A DNA stretch of 44,944 nucleotides, taken from NCBI GenBank assembly GCA_937860115.1, contig CALMBI010000091.1, positions 1 to 44,944 on the forward strand. Reading direction: 5' to 3'. A program made the translations under genes and the position numbers. Below, piece after piece: positions 18,164 to 27,179 of this stretch. Position 1 is the first letter of the stretch. Every line of letters begins with the position of its first letter. The notes beneath the pieces were generated by a model. The model did not search any database. It saw only the letters and a program-made list of their open reading frames with translations, and was not told the origin of the DNA. The DNA comes from an uncultured Arcobacter sp. (GTDB taxonomy: Bacteria > Campylobacterota > Campylobacteria > Campylobacterales > Arcobacteraceae).

Positions 18164-18886
18164 CTAATAACCTTTAATAATCTCTTTAATATTTTCAAAA
18201 GTTTTAATATTTTTGGATACTAATAAAAAATGCTCATTTTGATATTGATACAAATCATTTGTCAAATATAAACCAGCATCAATATCATATTCTCTCATCT
18301 TCCCTGCAAGTAAGAAAAAAGTATAATTGTGTGTATTTGCTAAAGAGAGTGCTGTGGCACCTGGAGATCTAAATTTTAATTTGAGTTGTTGCAGTTTTAT
18401 AACAATATCTGGCCTCGTATAAGCTCGTTCAAATATCCCTATATTTGGCTCTAGAAAATTATTTTTAATGAGATTTGTTTTGTAAGGTGTTTTGTAATAA
18501 TACGTATTGTTAATAAGATTGTAAACAATAGCAGCCATTGGAAGATTATCAATATGAAGTGATACTGATGTCCCATAATAAGGTAGCGATGCTAAAAAAT
18601 TATCACTTCCATCGAGTGGATCTATAATGATTTGAGCATTTGAAATAAGTTGCTTTTTTGATCTTATAAGTCCACTCTCTTCACTTATAATATCACAAAA
18701 ATCAATTAAATAGTGTATAAAAATATTTTCAGTAATAATGTCAATTTGTTTCGTTTTATCTCCACCAGCACCTATTAAATTCGAATCTTCAAAATCAGAT
18801 TTGTTAAGTTTATTTTGAATGTAGCTTTTGATTTTTTTGTTAGCCAAAAGTGTTTTTTTTATAAATAGTTGAATAAGTGTTTCCAT
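18164..18886 (-). CDS. Inositol monophosphatase family protein (SuhB/CysQ-like)
   Basis: 240 aa. ISEESG, DPLDGSDNF and YDIDAG motifs of the IMPase/FBPase superfamily. Confidence 0.75.
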   Translation of the reverse strand: METLIQLFIKKTLLANKKIKSYIQNKLNKSDFEDSNLIGAGGDKTKQIDIITENIFIHYLIDFCDIISEESGLIRSKKQLISNAQIIIDPLDGSDNFLASLPYYGTSVSLHIDNLPMAAIVYNLINNTYYYKTPYKTNLIKNNFLEPNIGIFERAYTRPDIVIKLQQLKLKFRSPGATALSLANTHNYTFFLLAGKMREYDIDAGLYLTNDLYQYQNEHFLLVSKNIKTFENIKEIIKGY

Positions 18887-18953
18887 AGAAAAATTTTATC
18901 AAAACTAAAGTACTAATGTAATAAAATCAAACCCTCAAAAGTAAAGGATTCTG

Positions 18954-20546
18954 ATGGCTTTCAATAATGAGTTAATAATACTTCAACAATATAAAGATCT
19001 TATCGATGATAATATTATTGTGTCAAAAACAGATTCAAAAGGACTTATCACATTTGTAAATCAAAAATTTTGTGATATTTCTGGATATACCAAAGAGGAA
19101 GTGATGGGAAGATCACACTCGATTGTTAGACATGAAGATATGGATTCTTCAGTTTTTCAAGAGATGTGGGATACTATCAAAAATAAAAAACAAACTTGGA
19201 CAGGTCAAGTTAAAAATAAAAGAAAAGATGGAAGTGCATACTATGTTGATGCGATTATCCGTCCTATTATAAATCAATATGGTGAAATAATAGAATTTAT
19301 AGCTCTTAGGTATGATGTTAGTGGGATGATAAATTCTCAAAAACTTCTCCTTGATGAACTTAAAAAAATAAAAAACCCACTTTTAGTAATGCTTCAAATT
19401 GAAGGATATGAAAATTTAGAAAATTTTTATGGTAAAGAGATTACAGGTATTATTGAAAATAAATTTGCTATGCATCTTTTGGATTATTGCCCAGTTGGAT
19501 GTGTATTTGGGAAAGTGTATCAACTAGAAAACGGTATTTTTGGATTAGTGAAAGATCTTGAAGAGAGTACAATTATTAGTGAATCAACAGTGATGCAACT
19601 CAAAAAATTTCAGCAAAATATTAAAGATGGTGTTTTGAAGTTTGGTACATATGAATATGATCTGAATGTAATACTTAGTTATGGAAATAGACCAGAGTAT
19701 ATTTATGAAGATGTGATGATCGGTCTTAAAAAAGCTATTTTGATGAAAAAAGAGTTTATGTATGCAGATAGTTTCACACTTCAGGAAAAAGAGAAGGCAA
19801 AACAAAATCTTCACACGATCAACATGATAAAAAAAGCACTTGATGCTGGTAATATTAAGTCGTTTTTTCAACCAATTATCAATACAAAAACAGGTGAGAT
19901 TGAAAAATATGAATCGTTGGTGAGACTAAAAAAAGATGATGGAAAAATTTTATCACCATTTTTCTTTTTGGAAATTGCGAAAAATGGAAAGTATTATCAT
20001 CAAATCTCAGAAGCGATTGTACAAAATTCACTAGAAATGCTTCGAAAAACTGATAAAGAGATCTCTATAAATATTTCAACTTTGGATATTGAAGATGTTG
20101 AACTTAGAAATAAAATAATTACAATTATTACAATGAATACAGATATTGTAAATAGGTTAGTTTTAGAACTCTTAGAAGATGAAGATGTTAATGATTTTAA
20201 TGTAATTATTGATTTTATTTCACTAGTGAAAATGTTTGGGGTGAAGATTGCTATTGATGATTTTGGAGCAGGGCATTCAAATTTTGAAAGACTACTTAGC
20301 TTTCAACCAGATATTATTAAGTTAGATGGCTCTTTGATCAAGAATATTCATCAAAATAAATACAGTAAAGATATCGTAGAGACTATCAAAAATTTTGCAG
20401 ATAAACAAAACATAAAAACAGTAGCTGAATTTGTATCTTGCAAAGAGGTATATGATGAAGTTACTGCTCTAGGGATAGATTATTTACAAGGGTTCTATTT
20501 AGGTGAGCCAACTGAAGAATTAGCTCTAAAAGCTCTTAATATTTGA
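18954..20546 (+). CDS. Aer-type PAS / degenerate GGDEF / EAL protein (putative c-di-GMP phosphodiesterase)
   Basis: 530 aa. The PAS domain has SHSIVRHEDMD..EMWDTIK...KNKRKDGSAYYV (Aer FAD-PAS pattern). The GGDEF position reads ENGIF. EAL domain motifs are ESLVR (E320), DDFGAGHSNF, KLDGSLI and QGFYLGEP. Confidence 0.85.
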   Translation: MAFNNELIILQQYKDLIDDNIIVSKTDSKGLITFVNQKFCDISGYTKEEVMGRSHSIVRHEDMDSSVFQEMWDTIKNKKQTWTGQVKNKRKDGSAYYVDAIIRPIINQYGEIIEFIALRYDVSGMINSQKLLLDELKKIKNPLLVMLQIEGYENLENFYGKEITGIIENKFAMHLLDYCPVGCVFGKVYQLENGIFGLVKDLEESTIISESTVMQLKKFQQNIKDGVLKFGTYEYDLNVILSYGNRPEYIYEDVMIGLKKAILMKKEFMYADSFTLQEKEKAKQNLHTINMIKKALDAGNIKSFFQPIINTKTGEIEKYESLVRLKKDDGKILSPFFFLEIAKNGKYYHQISEAIVQNSLEMLRKTDKEISINISTLDIEDVELRNKIITIITMNTDIVNRLVLELLEDEDVNDFNVIIDFISLVKMFGVKIAIDDFGAGHSNFERLLSFQPDIIKLDGSLIKNIHQNKYSKDIVETIKNFADKQNIKTVAEFVSCKEVYDEVTALGIDYLQGFYLGEPTEELALKALNI

Positions 20547-20562
20547 ACAAATAATAAGAGAT

Positions 20563-20596
20563 AAAAAAGCTGATAGAGGTTTTCTATCAGCTTTTT
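20563..20596. terminator. Bidirectional rho-independent terminator between the EAL gene and oorC
   Basis: AGCTGATAGA (20568-20577) pairs with TCTATCAGCT (20583-20592) with a 5-nt loop. An A-run lies on the left and a T-run on the right. Confidence 0.75.
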
Positions 20597-20625
20597 GTAA
20601 GAAAGGGTAAAAGAGAAATTATTCT

Positions 20626-21183
20626 CTATTTCCCCATAGCTTTATTAGAATAATCATATCCTAATTCGTAAGCTTTTAAATTTACAGGATGTACTTTCGC
20701 AGGAACTTTAGAAAGCATAACATCTTTTAACACTTCTTTATCAATTGCACTCATATAGTTGTTTGCAATTGCAAGTGCAATAACAGATTGAGTAATAACA
20801 TTTCCAACTTCTTCTTTTGCAATAGTAATAATAGGAATCTCAACGATATTCCATTTCTTTCTATCTTCATCAGTTGCTTGTACAAGATTTGGTTCGATTA
20901 CGATCGTTCCACCTGGAGTCACCCCATTTTTGAATGAGTTATAACTTACTTGTGCAACAGAAAGCATAAAATCGATCTCACCATCATTTGCATATGGGTA
21001 GAAGATCTCTTCATCATCTAAAGTGATATCAACAACAGTTGGTCCACCTCTTACTTGTGATGTATATGTAGCTGTTTTTAATCCATGTCCACCAGTTTTG
21101 ATTTTTGCAGCTGCAAAAATCTCACCAGCAAGAAGAACACCTTGTCCACCAACACCTGTAAATCTCATTAATGTTCTAGCCAT
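20626..21183 (-). CDS. oorC: 2-oxoglutarate:ferredoxin oxidoreductase gamma subunit
   Basis: 185 aa. FTGVGGQGVLLAG motif of OFOR gamma subunits. Last gene of the oorDABC order. Confidence 0.9.
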   Translation of the reverse strand: MARTLMRFTGVGGQGVLLAGEIFAAAKIKTGGHGLKTATYTSQVRGGPTVVDITLDDEEIFYPYANDGEIDFMLSVAQVSYNSFKNGVTPGGTIVIEPNLVQATDEDRKKWNIVEIPIITIAKEEVGNVITQSVIALAIANNYMSAIDKEVLKDVMLSKVPAKVHPVNLKAYELGYDYSNKAMGK

Positions 21184-21194
21184 TGTTGTTCTCC

Positions 21195-22052
21195 TTATAT
21201 TTTTTTAGCAAAGTCATCTTGCGTGATAACTTTTCTCTTACCTTGATGTACAGCTTTTATATCTTCGTACATATCACAATATTCTCTAGCATTTTCATCG
21301 TGCTTTAATACACCTGTAGGGAAAATGTTCATTTGCTCTTCTGGAGATAATTTTTCCCATTTAGAAAGTGGCATAGTGATAGAATCGATCCAGTTAAGAT
21401 TTTCCATAGCACTTGCCATTTTATTTTTTCTTCCAAGATTGATATGGCAGTTTGACATAATATCAAAGAATGCAAATCCTCTATGTTGGAACCCTTTTAC
21501 AAGAACTTTTTCAAGTTTTTTAGGATCAAGCATTGTCTCTCTTGCAACAAACGAAGCACCTGAAGCAATTGCAACATTACAAGCATCAAAAGTTGGGTCA
21601 ATATTTCCAGCTTTTTGTGATACTGTCCACATACCTTGAGGAGTAGTTGGAGAAGTTTGTGAATTTGTAAGACCATAGATGAAGTTGTTAATCATAATAA
21701 AGTTAATATCAATATTTCTTCTACAACCATGAATTGTATGGTTTCCACCAATCGCCATAGCATCACCATCACCAGCAACACAAATAACGTGTTTATCTGG
21801 ATTAGCAAGTTTTACACCTGTTGCCCAAGCTGCAGTTCTACCATGAGTAGTGTGGATAGTATTAAAATCAACATATGAAGAGAATCTTCCAGAACAACCA
21901 ATTCCAGAGATAACACATACATCATCTTGTTTCCAACCACAAGCATCGATTGCTCTGATAACAGCTTTTAAAATAACACCATCACCACATCCCCAACACC
22001 ATAGTGTTGGCATTTTTTCTAATCTTAAATATTTATCATAATTGTAAGCCAT
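21195..22052 (-). CDS. oorB: 2-oxoglutarate:ferredoxin oxidoreductase beta subunit (TPP-binding)
   Basis: 285 aa. WCWGCGDG and GDGD TPP-binding motifs. Confidence 0.9.
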   Translation of the reverse strand: MAYNYDKYLRLEKMPTLWCWGCGDGVILKAVIRAIDACGWKQDDVCVISGIGCSGRFSSYVDFNTIHTTHGRTAAWATGVKLANPDKHVICVAGDGDAMAIGGNHTIHGCRRNIDINFIMINNFIYGLTNSQTSPTTPQGMWTVSQKAGNIDPTFDACNVAIASGASFVARETMLDPKKLEKVLVKGFQHRGFAFFDIMSNCHINLGRKNKMASAMENLNWIDSITMPLSKWEKLSPEEQMNIFPTGVLKHDENAREYCDMYEDIKAVHQGKRKVITQDDFAKKI

Positions 22053-22053
22053 T

Positions 22054-23205
22054 TTAGAATACCTCTTTTACTTTCTCTACTATTTCGTATGGAGAAATAG
22101 CTCTACCGTTAACTTTGTAAAGACCTTCAATATCAAGTCTACAAGCAACTCTCTCTACCTCTTCAGTATATTGTCTAATATTTAACTCAACACATAATAC
22201 ATTTTTAGTCATATCTGTGAAATGTTTGATTCTTTTTGCAGGAGATGGCCATAGTGTGATTGGTCTAAATAATCCAGCTTTGATTCCATCTTTTCTTAAG
22301 TGTCTAATAGCTTCTTTTGCAGCAAGTGATACAGAACCATACGCAATGATTAATACTTCACCTTCGCTCCCATCAAAATCATCTAACATAAACTCTTCAT
22401 TTAGTTCTAATTCATCTGTATGCATCATAACTTTATCTTCAAGTCTTTGGATCAATTTTCTACAAGTTTCAATCTCTTCAGTTGGGAAACCTTTTGCATC
22501 ATGGTGAAGACCTGTAAAGTGGTATCTATACCCTTGGAACATTGGATTTAATACTGCTGCTTCATCACCAGCTACACCATAAGGTCTATAATCTTCTGGA
22601 GCACCATCAAATGTTTTTCTAGGAACTATTCCAGCTTTTACTTCTTCAACTGTTGGTATCATAGCTTTTCCATGCATATGACCGATTGTCTCATCTGTAA
22701 GTACGATAACTGGTTGCATAAATCTATCAGCTAAGTTAAATGCTCTTACAACTTCTGTATAACATTCAGCTAAGTTACCCGCACAAAGTGTGATTGATCT
22801 ATAATCACCATGTGATGGGTTTCTTGCTTGTCTAACATCACCTTGAGATACCCTTGTTGGAAGACCAGTTGAAGGACCACCTCTCATAACATTTACTAAA
22901 ACTAGTGGTACTTCTGCCATTTGAGCAAGACCTAAGTTTTCAGCTTTTAGTGATACCCCTGGACCAGATGTAGCAGTCATAGATCTAACACCACTCATAG
23001 CAGCACCGATTGCTGCAGCAATTCCACCGATCTCATCCTCCATTTGGATAGCAGCTCCACCAACTTCTGGTAGTAGATCAGAAATTGTATGCATTACTTC
23101 ACTTGATGGTGTAATTGGATATCCTCCAAAGAACATACATCCAGCATCAACTGCAGCGATTGCAGCCAAATCATTTCCTGTAGAAATTATTTCTCTAGTT
23201 GCCAT
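22054..23205 (-). CDS. oorA: 2-oxoglutarate:ferredoxin oxidoreductase alpha subunit
   Basis: 383 aa. GNDLAAIAAVDAGC..GYPITPSSE N-terminus typical of OFOR alpha subunits. Confidence 0.9.
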   Translation of the reverse strand: MATREIISTGNDLAAIAAVDAGCMFFGGYPITPSSEVMHTISDLLPEVGGAAIQMEDEIGGIAAAIGAAMSGVRSMTATSGPGVSLKAENLGLAQMAEVPLVLVNVMRGGPSTGLPTRVSQGDVRQARNPSHGDYRSITLCAGNLAECYTEVVRAFNLADRFMQPVIVLTDETIGHMHGKAMIPTVEEVKAGIVPRKTFDGAPEDYRPYGVAGDEAAVLNPMFQGYRYHFTGLHHDAKGFPTEEIETCRKLIQRLEDKVMMHTDELELNEEFMLDDFDGSEGEVLIIAYGSVSLAAKEAIRHLRKDGIKAGLFRPITLWPSPAKRIKHFTDMTKNVLCVELNIRQYTEEVERVACRLDIEGLYKVNGRAISPYEIVEKVKEVF

Positions 23206-23216
23206 TCATTTTCTCC

Positions 23217-23549
23217 TTATTTACCATAATTTACAGGTAATCTGTAATTATTATTTTTAATAGCTTCAGCTCTTGCTTTTGCTTGATCACTTAATTTAGC
23301 AAATTTAATGTTATCAGTTTTTTTATCAGCAACATAAATTGCGAAATCTGGACAGTTTAGTTCACAGTCGTTACAACCAATACAATCTTCCAATGCAACG
23401 ATTTCTATCATTGCTCCTAAAGTAGATGTAGGTTCTGCTTTCATAGAAAGTACACCCGCTGGACATACACTTACACATATATCACACGCTTTGCATCTAG
23501 CTGTATCAACCCATACTGGAGTATTTTCTGGTGCTACCATTAATGACAT
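23217..23549 (-). CDS. oorD: 2-oxoglutarate:ferredoxin oxidoreductase delta subunit (2x[4Fe-4S])
   Basis: CKACDICVSVCP and CIGCNDCELNCP motifs. The ORF is open to 23597, but ATG 23549 (MSLMVAPEN) has AAGGGGA immediately upstream. Confidence 0.85.
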   Translation of the reverse strand: MSLMVAPENTPVWVDTARCKACDICVSVCPAGVLSMKAEPTSTLGAMIEIVALEDCIGCNDCELNCPDFAIYVADKKTDNIKFAKLSDQAKARAEAIKNNNYRLPVNYGK

Positions 23550-23900
23550 TTTATCCCCTTCATTATTCAATTGATTTATAGAATATATGTTTTCCATACA
23601 TTACTAAGAGTATCTTACCTAATATAGAGTAATAATATTTTTATACAATTGGTTATTTTGTATCTATTATACAGAGTGTTACATTTTGAAGCAGTGAAAA
23701 AGTATGTTTTTTTTAATAAATATCTAATTGTAACAATAAGACACGAATCTCATTGAGTGGGTTTGTAAAAAATCTAAAAATGATATAAAAAAATACAAAA
23801 TATGTGAATATGTGTAAAACTATTGATTTTTAGATAAAAATTTTAGCTTTCATAGTTCTGGTTGAAGTTGAATTTGTTTGATTGTTTTGTTGGAAAGTTA

Positions 23901-23938
23901 TTTTAAAAGACTGAAATCCAAGTTTTCACTTGGATTTC
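23901..23938 (-). terminator. Rho-independent terminator after the small lipoprotein gene
   Basis: Perfect 11-bp stem, 23913-23923 GAAATCCAAGT with 23928-23938 ACTTGGATTTC, and a 4-nt loop. A T-run follows on the minus strand. It begins 9 nt after the stop. Confidence 0.75.
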
Positions 23939-23946
23939 GAGAGAAA

Positions 23947-24141
23947 TTATTTAGCTTCAGCAGCAGGAGCTTCTGTAGTGTTAGCTTCAGTAGCGTTAGC
24001 TTCCATTGCAGGTGCAGCAGCTTCAGCAGGTGCAGCAGTTTCAACTGGAGCAGCAGCAGGAGCTTCTTCTTTTTTTGAACATCCACTAAAAGATGCAACT
24101 AAACCTAATGTTACAAGAGCTGTAAACAGTACTTTTTTCAT
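23947..24141 (-). CDS. Small Ala/Pro/Glu-rich lipoprotein
   Basis: 64 aa. MKKVLFTALVTLGLVASFSG|C is a signal peptide with a lipobox. AGGA lies 9 nt upstream of the ATG, a terminator follows and a candidate -10 box is present. The mature part is low complexity (APAAAPVETAAPAEAAAP...). Confidence 0.7.
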   Translation of the reverse strand: MKKVLFTALVTLGLVASFSGCSKKEEAPAAAPVETAAPAEAAAPAMEANATEANTTEAPAAEAK

Positions 24142-24206
24142 ATGTAATTCCTAATATTGATTTTAGACTTTTAGGTTTGATATTTCTCTCCAAAAAAGTT
24201 TCGCGA

Positions 24207-24212
24207 ATTATA
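24207..24212 (-). promoter_or_regulatory. Candidate -10 box for the lipoprotein gene
   Basis: TATAAT on the minus strand, about 66 nt upstream of ATG 24141. Confidence 0.3.
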
Positions 24213-24327
24213 ATCCTTAAAACTTAAAGTATGTTGAAATTGATAAATTTTTTTCATTTTAAATAAAAAAAATTATTTTTGTTGTCTAAAACACTATAAA
24301 ATAGGGCTTTGCAAATGATCTAAAATA

Positions 24328-24359
24328 AAAAAAGGAGCCTAAAATCAGACTCCTTTTTT
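24328..24359. terminator. Weak A-tract/GGAG...CTCC/T-tract hairpin after sucD
   Basis: AAAAAAGGAG (24328-24337) pairs with CTCCTTTTTT (24350-24359) with a 12-nt loop. It lies 22 nt beyond the sucD stop and is mostly A:U pairs. Confidence 0.4.
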
Positions 24360-24381
24360 AACAAATTTGACTAAAATAGAA

Positions 24382-25254
24382 TTATTTAGATAAAACTTCT
24401 TTTATTGCTTTACCAATATCAGCAGGTGATACAACAACTTTTACCCCAGCAGCTTCCAATGCAGCCATTTTTTCTGCAGCTGTTCCAGCTCCACCAGATA
24501 CGATTGCTCCAGCGTGACCCATTCTTTTTCCTTTTGGTGCAGTTTGACCAGCAATAAATGCTACAACTGGTTTTGTAATATTCTCTTTGATATAAGCAGC
24601 AGCTTGAATCTCAAGATCTCCACCAATCTCTCCAATCATTACAATTGCATGAGTTTCAGGGTCTGCTTCAAACATTGGAAGAAGTTGTTTATATGAAAGA
24701 CCAATAATTGGGTCTCCACCAATTCCAACTGCTGTTGTGATACCAAATCCCTCTTTACATACTTGGTTTGCACCTTCATATGTTAAAGTTCCAGATTTTG
24801 AAATAAGTCCAACATTTCCTTTTTTGAAAATCATACCAGGCATAATTCCAATTTTACATTCTTCAGCAGTGATAATCCCTGGACAGTTTGGTCCGATTGT
24901 CATCATTCCATGTTTTACTGCAAATGCTTTTGCTGCTTGCATATCTCTTACAGGTGCACCTTCAGTGATGATTACAGCTAATTTGATTCCAGCAGCTGCA
25001 GCTTCCATAACAGCATCAGCAACAAAAACAGGTGGTACAAAAATCATACTTACAGTTGCAGCAGTAGCCGTTATAGCATCTTTTACTGTATTAAATACTG
25101 GTTTACCTAAATGTTCAGTGCCACCTTTATTTGGAGTAACTCCACCAACAATGTTTGTCCCATAAGCAATACATTGCTCAGCATGGAATGTTCCCTCTTT
25201 ACCTGTAAAACCTTGAACGATAACTTTTGTATCTTTATTTACTAAAATAGACAT
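24382..25254 (-). CDS. sucD: Succinyl-CoA synthetase alpha subunit
   Basis: 290 aa. [12 protein letters not shown], the SKSGTLTYE motif and the catalytic-His loop MGHAGAIV. Confidence 0.95.
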   Translation of the reverse strand: MSILVNKDTKVIVQGFTGKEGTFHAEQCIAYGTNIVGGVTPNKGGTEHLGKPVFNTVKDAITATAATVSMIFVPPVFVADAVMEAAAAGIKLAVIITEGAPVRDMQAAKAFAVKHGMMTIGPNCPGIITAEECKIGIMPGMIFKKGNVGLISKSGTLTYEGANQVCKEGFGITTAVGIGGDPIIGLSYKQLLPMFEADPETHAIVMIGEIGGDLEIQAAAYIKENITKPVVAFIAGQTAPKGKRMGHAGAIVSGGAGTAAEKMAALEAAGVKVVVSPADIGKAIKEVLSK

Positions 25255-26429
25255 TATTTTTCTCCTTTAGCCGCTTTTACTGCTTTAGCTGCACCATCAG
25301 CTAAGTCACTTGCTGCTATTACATTATCAATATTTGCATTTTTAAGAATTTCAGCTGCTTCTGGCGCATTTGTACCATCAAGTCTTACGATAACTGGAAC
25401 TCTAACATCTACCATTTTTGTAGCTTCTAAGATACCATTTGCGATTCTATCACATCTAACGATTCCACCAAAAATATTAACAAATATAGCTTTTACTTTT
25501 GGGTTTTTTAAGATAATTTCAAATCCTTTTGCAACAGTTTCAGCATTTGCTTTTCCACCAACATCAAGAAAGTTTGCAGGTGTTCCACCCATGTAGTTGA
25601 TTGTATCCATTGTACCCATAGCAAGTCCTGCACCATTTACCATACAACCAATTTCACCATCAAGAGAAATATATGAAAGTCCATATTGGCTTGCTTCTCT
25701 TTCATCTGGATCCTCTTCAGAGATATCTCTCATATCTTCGATATCTTGGTGTCTTCCAAGTGCTGAATCATCAAATCCCATTTTCCCATCAAGTGCTAAA
25801 AATTCACCTTTACCAGTTTTGATAAGTGGATTGATTTCAATCATCTCCGCATCATTTTCCATATATAATTTATAAAGTTTTGAAGCAAAAGAGATAAGAT
25901 TTTTTTGCTCAGTTGGATCAGTGATACCTAAACCAAATACAAGCTCTCTCCCATGAAATCCTTGAAATCCAATAGCTGGATCAACTGCAACTTTGATGAT
26001 TTTTTCTGGATGATCATGTGCCACTGTTTCGATCTCCATACCACCTTCAGTTGAAGCCATAATAACTGGCATCTCTTTAGCTCTATCTAAAACAACACCA
26101 AGATAAAGCTCATCTTGAATATCAGCTCCCTCTTCAATATATACTTTTTGTACTAATTTACCCTCTGGACCTGTTTGGTGAGTTACTAAAGTCATACCTA
26201 AAATTTCGTGTGCTAAAGTTTCAACTTCTTCTACTGAACGAGCTAATTTAACTCCTCCTCCAAGTCCTCTTCCACCAGCATGAATTTGAGCTTTTACAAC
26301 CCAAATTTTTCCACCAAGTTCGTGTGCATTTTTTACAGCTTGCGCAGGTGTATTAGCAACAATACCTCTAGGCGTTGGTACACCATATTTAGCGAATATT
26401 TGTTTCGCTTGATATTCATGAATATTCAT
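25254..26429 (-). CDS. sucC: Succinyl-CoA synthetase beta subunit
   Basis: 391 aa. [21 protein letters not shown]-grasp N-terminus. 1-nt overlap with sucD. Confidence 0.95.
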   Translation of the reverse strand: MNIHEYQAKQIFAKYGVPTPRGIVANTPAQAVKNAHELGGKIWVVKAQIHAGGRGLGGGVKLARSVEEVETLAHEILGMTLVTHQTGPEGKLVQKVYIEEGADIQDELYLGVVLDRAKEMPVIMASTEGGMEIETVAHDHPEKIIKVAVDPAIGFQGFHGRELVFGLGITDPTEQKNLISFASKLYKLYMENDAEMIEINPLIKTGKGEFLALDGKMGFDDSALGRHQDIEDMRDISEEDPDEREASQYGLSYISLDGEIGCMVNGAGLAMGTMDTINYMGGTPANFLDVGGKANAETVAKGFEIILKNPKVKAIFVNIFGGIVRCDRIANGILEATKMVDVRVPVIVRLDGTNAPEAAEILKNANIDNVIAASDLADGAAKAVKAAKGEK

Positions 26430-26510
26430 ATTTACTCCTCATTAGATTGAACTTCATAAGTATAACGCAGGAGTGATAAAATCAGTGAATTAAATTGTAT
26501 AAAAAATAGG

Positions 26511-26516
26511 ATTATA
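26511..26516 (-). promoter_or_regulatory. Candidate -10 box for sucCD
   Basis: TATAAT on the minus strand, about 82 nt upstream of the sucC ATG and 15 nt downstream of the 11-bp inverted repeat. Confidence 0.3.
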
Positions 26517-26531
26517 AATAGAGTGTTTAGA

Positions 26532-26564
26532 TTCTACACACTATGAGATTTTGAGTGTGTAGAA
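26532..26564. promoter_or_regulatory. Perfect 11-bp inverted repeat between the fumarase beta subunit gene and sucC
   Basis: TTCTACACACT (26532-26542) and AGTGTGTAGAA (26554-26564) are separated by an 11-nt spacer. No U-run follows on the transcribed strand. Confidence 0.4.
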
Positions 26565-26611
26565 AAAGGAAATATATATTGATTAGTAGAGTAAAAAGAG
26601 AGAATATTTCC

Positions 26612-27169
26612 TTATTTTACTTCGTATTGTTCTCTACCCATTTGATATAAATCGTTTCCAAAAGTATCATTGATAACTGTTACAGGAAAATCAACAACTG
26701 TTATTTTTCTAATAGCTTCAGGTCCAAGTTCTGGATAAGCTATAACTTCAGCACTTGTAATTTTTTTCCCAAGTAATGCACCCGCTCCACCAGTTGCTCC
26801 AAAGTAGATTCCACCATACTCTTTACAAGCATCTTTTACACCTTGATCTCTTTTACCTTTACCAATCATCCCAAGGCTTCCATGTTTTAAAAGTGTAGGT
26901 GAATATGTATCCATTCTATAACTTGTCGTTGGTCCAGCACTCCCAATAGGATCTCCTGGTTTAGGTGGCGTTGGTCCAACAAAATAGACCACACTTCCAG
27001 TTAAATCAAACGGTAACTCTTTCCCCTCAGCAATCAAATCAACTAATCTTTTATGTGCAGCATCCCTTGCTGTATAAACTGTCCCGTTTAGATAAACAAT
27101 ATCACCAGCTTTTAATTTTCTTGTATCTTCCTCTTTAAGAGGTGTAGTTAAATAATATGTTTGACTCAT
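26612..27169 (-). CDS. Class I (Fe-S) fumarate hydratase, beta subunit (C-terminal domain type)
   Basis: 185 aa. GTVYTARDAAHKRL and GKGKR motifs of the Fe-S hydro-lyase beta type. Paired with the alpha subunit 10 nt upstream. Confidence 0.85.
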   Translation of the reverse strand: MSQTYYLTTPLKEEDTRKLKAGDIVYLNGTVYTARDAAHKRLVDLIAEGKELPFDLTGSVVYFVGPTPPKPGDPIGSAGPTTSYRMDTYSPTLLKHGSLGMIGKGKRDQGVKDACKEYGGIYFGATGGAGALLGKKITSAEVIAYPELGPEAIRKITVVDFPVTVINDTFGNDLYQMGREQYEVK

Positions 27170-27179
27170 CTATTGTTCC

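Noticed and set aside
23550-23597. 16-codon N-terminal extension of oorD (MENIYSINQLNNEGDK)
   Set aside because: The strong AAGGGGA Shine-Dalgarno sits inside it, directly upstream of ATG 23549, and the ferredoxin-like domain needs no leader. The shorter start is preferred.
23878-24154. Four overlapping ORFs on both strands (23878-24078, 23898-24098, 23930-24154, 23947-24141)
   Set aside because: They are produced by GCA/GCT/GAA periodicity. Only the minus-strand 23947-24141 frame has a signal peptide with lipobox, an SD, a -10 box and a terminator. The others are treated as artefacts.
24737-25165. 142-aa plus-strand ORF, and similar long antisense ORFs (e.g. 8657-9130, 36661-37077, 38592-38942, 27379-27660)
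   Set aside because: All lie antisense within genes that have unambiguous family motifs and show skewed, motif-less compositions. They are typical shadow ORFs.
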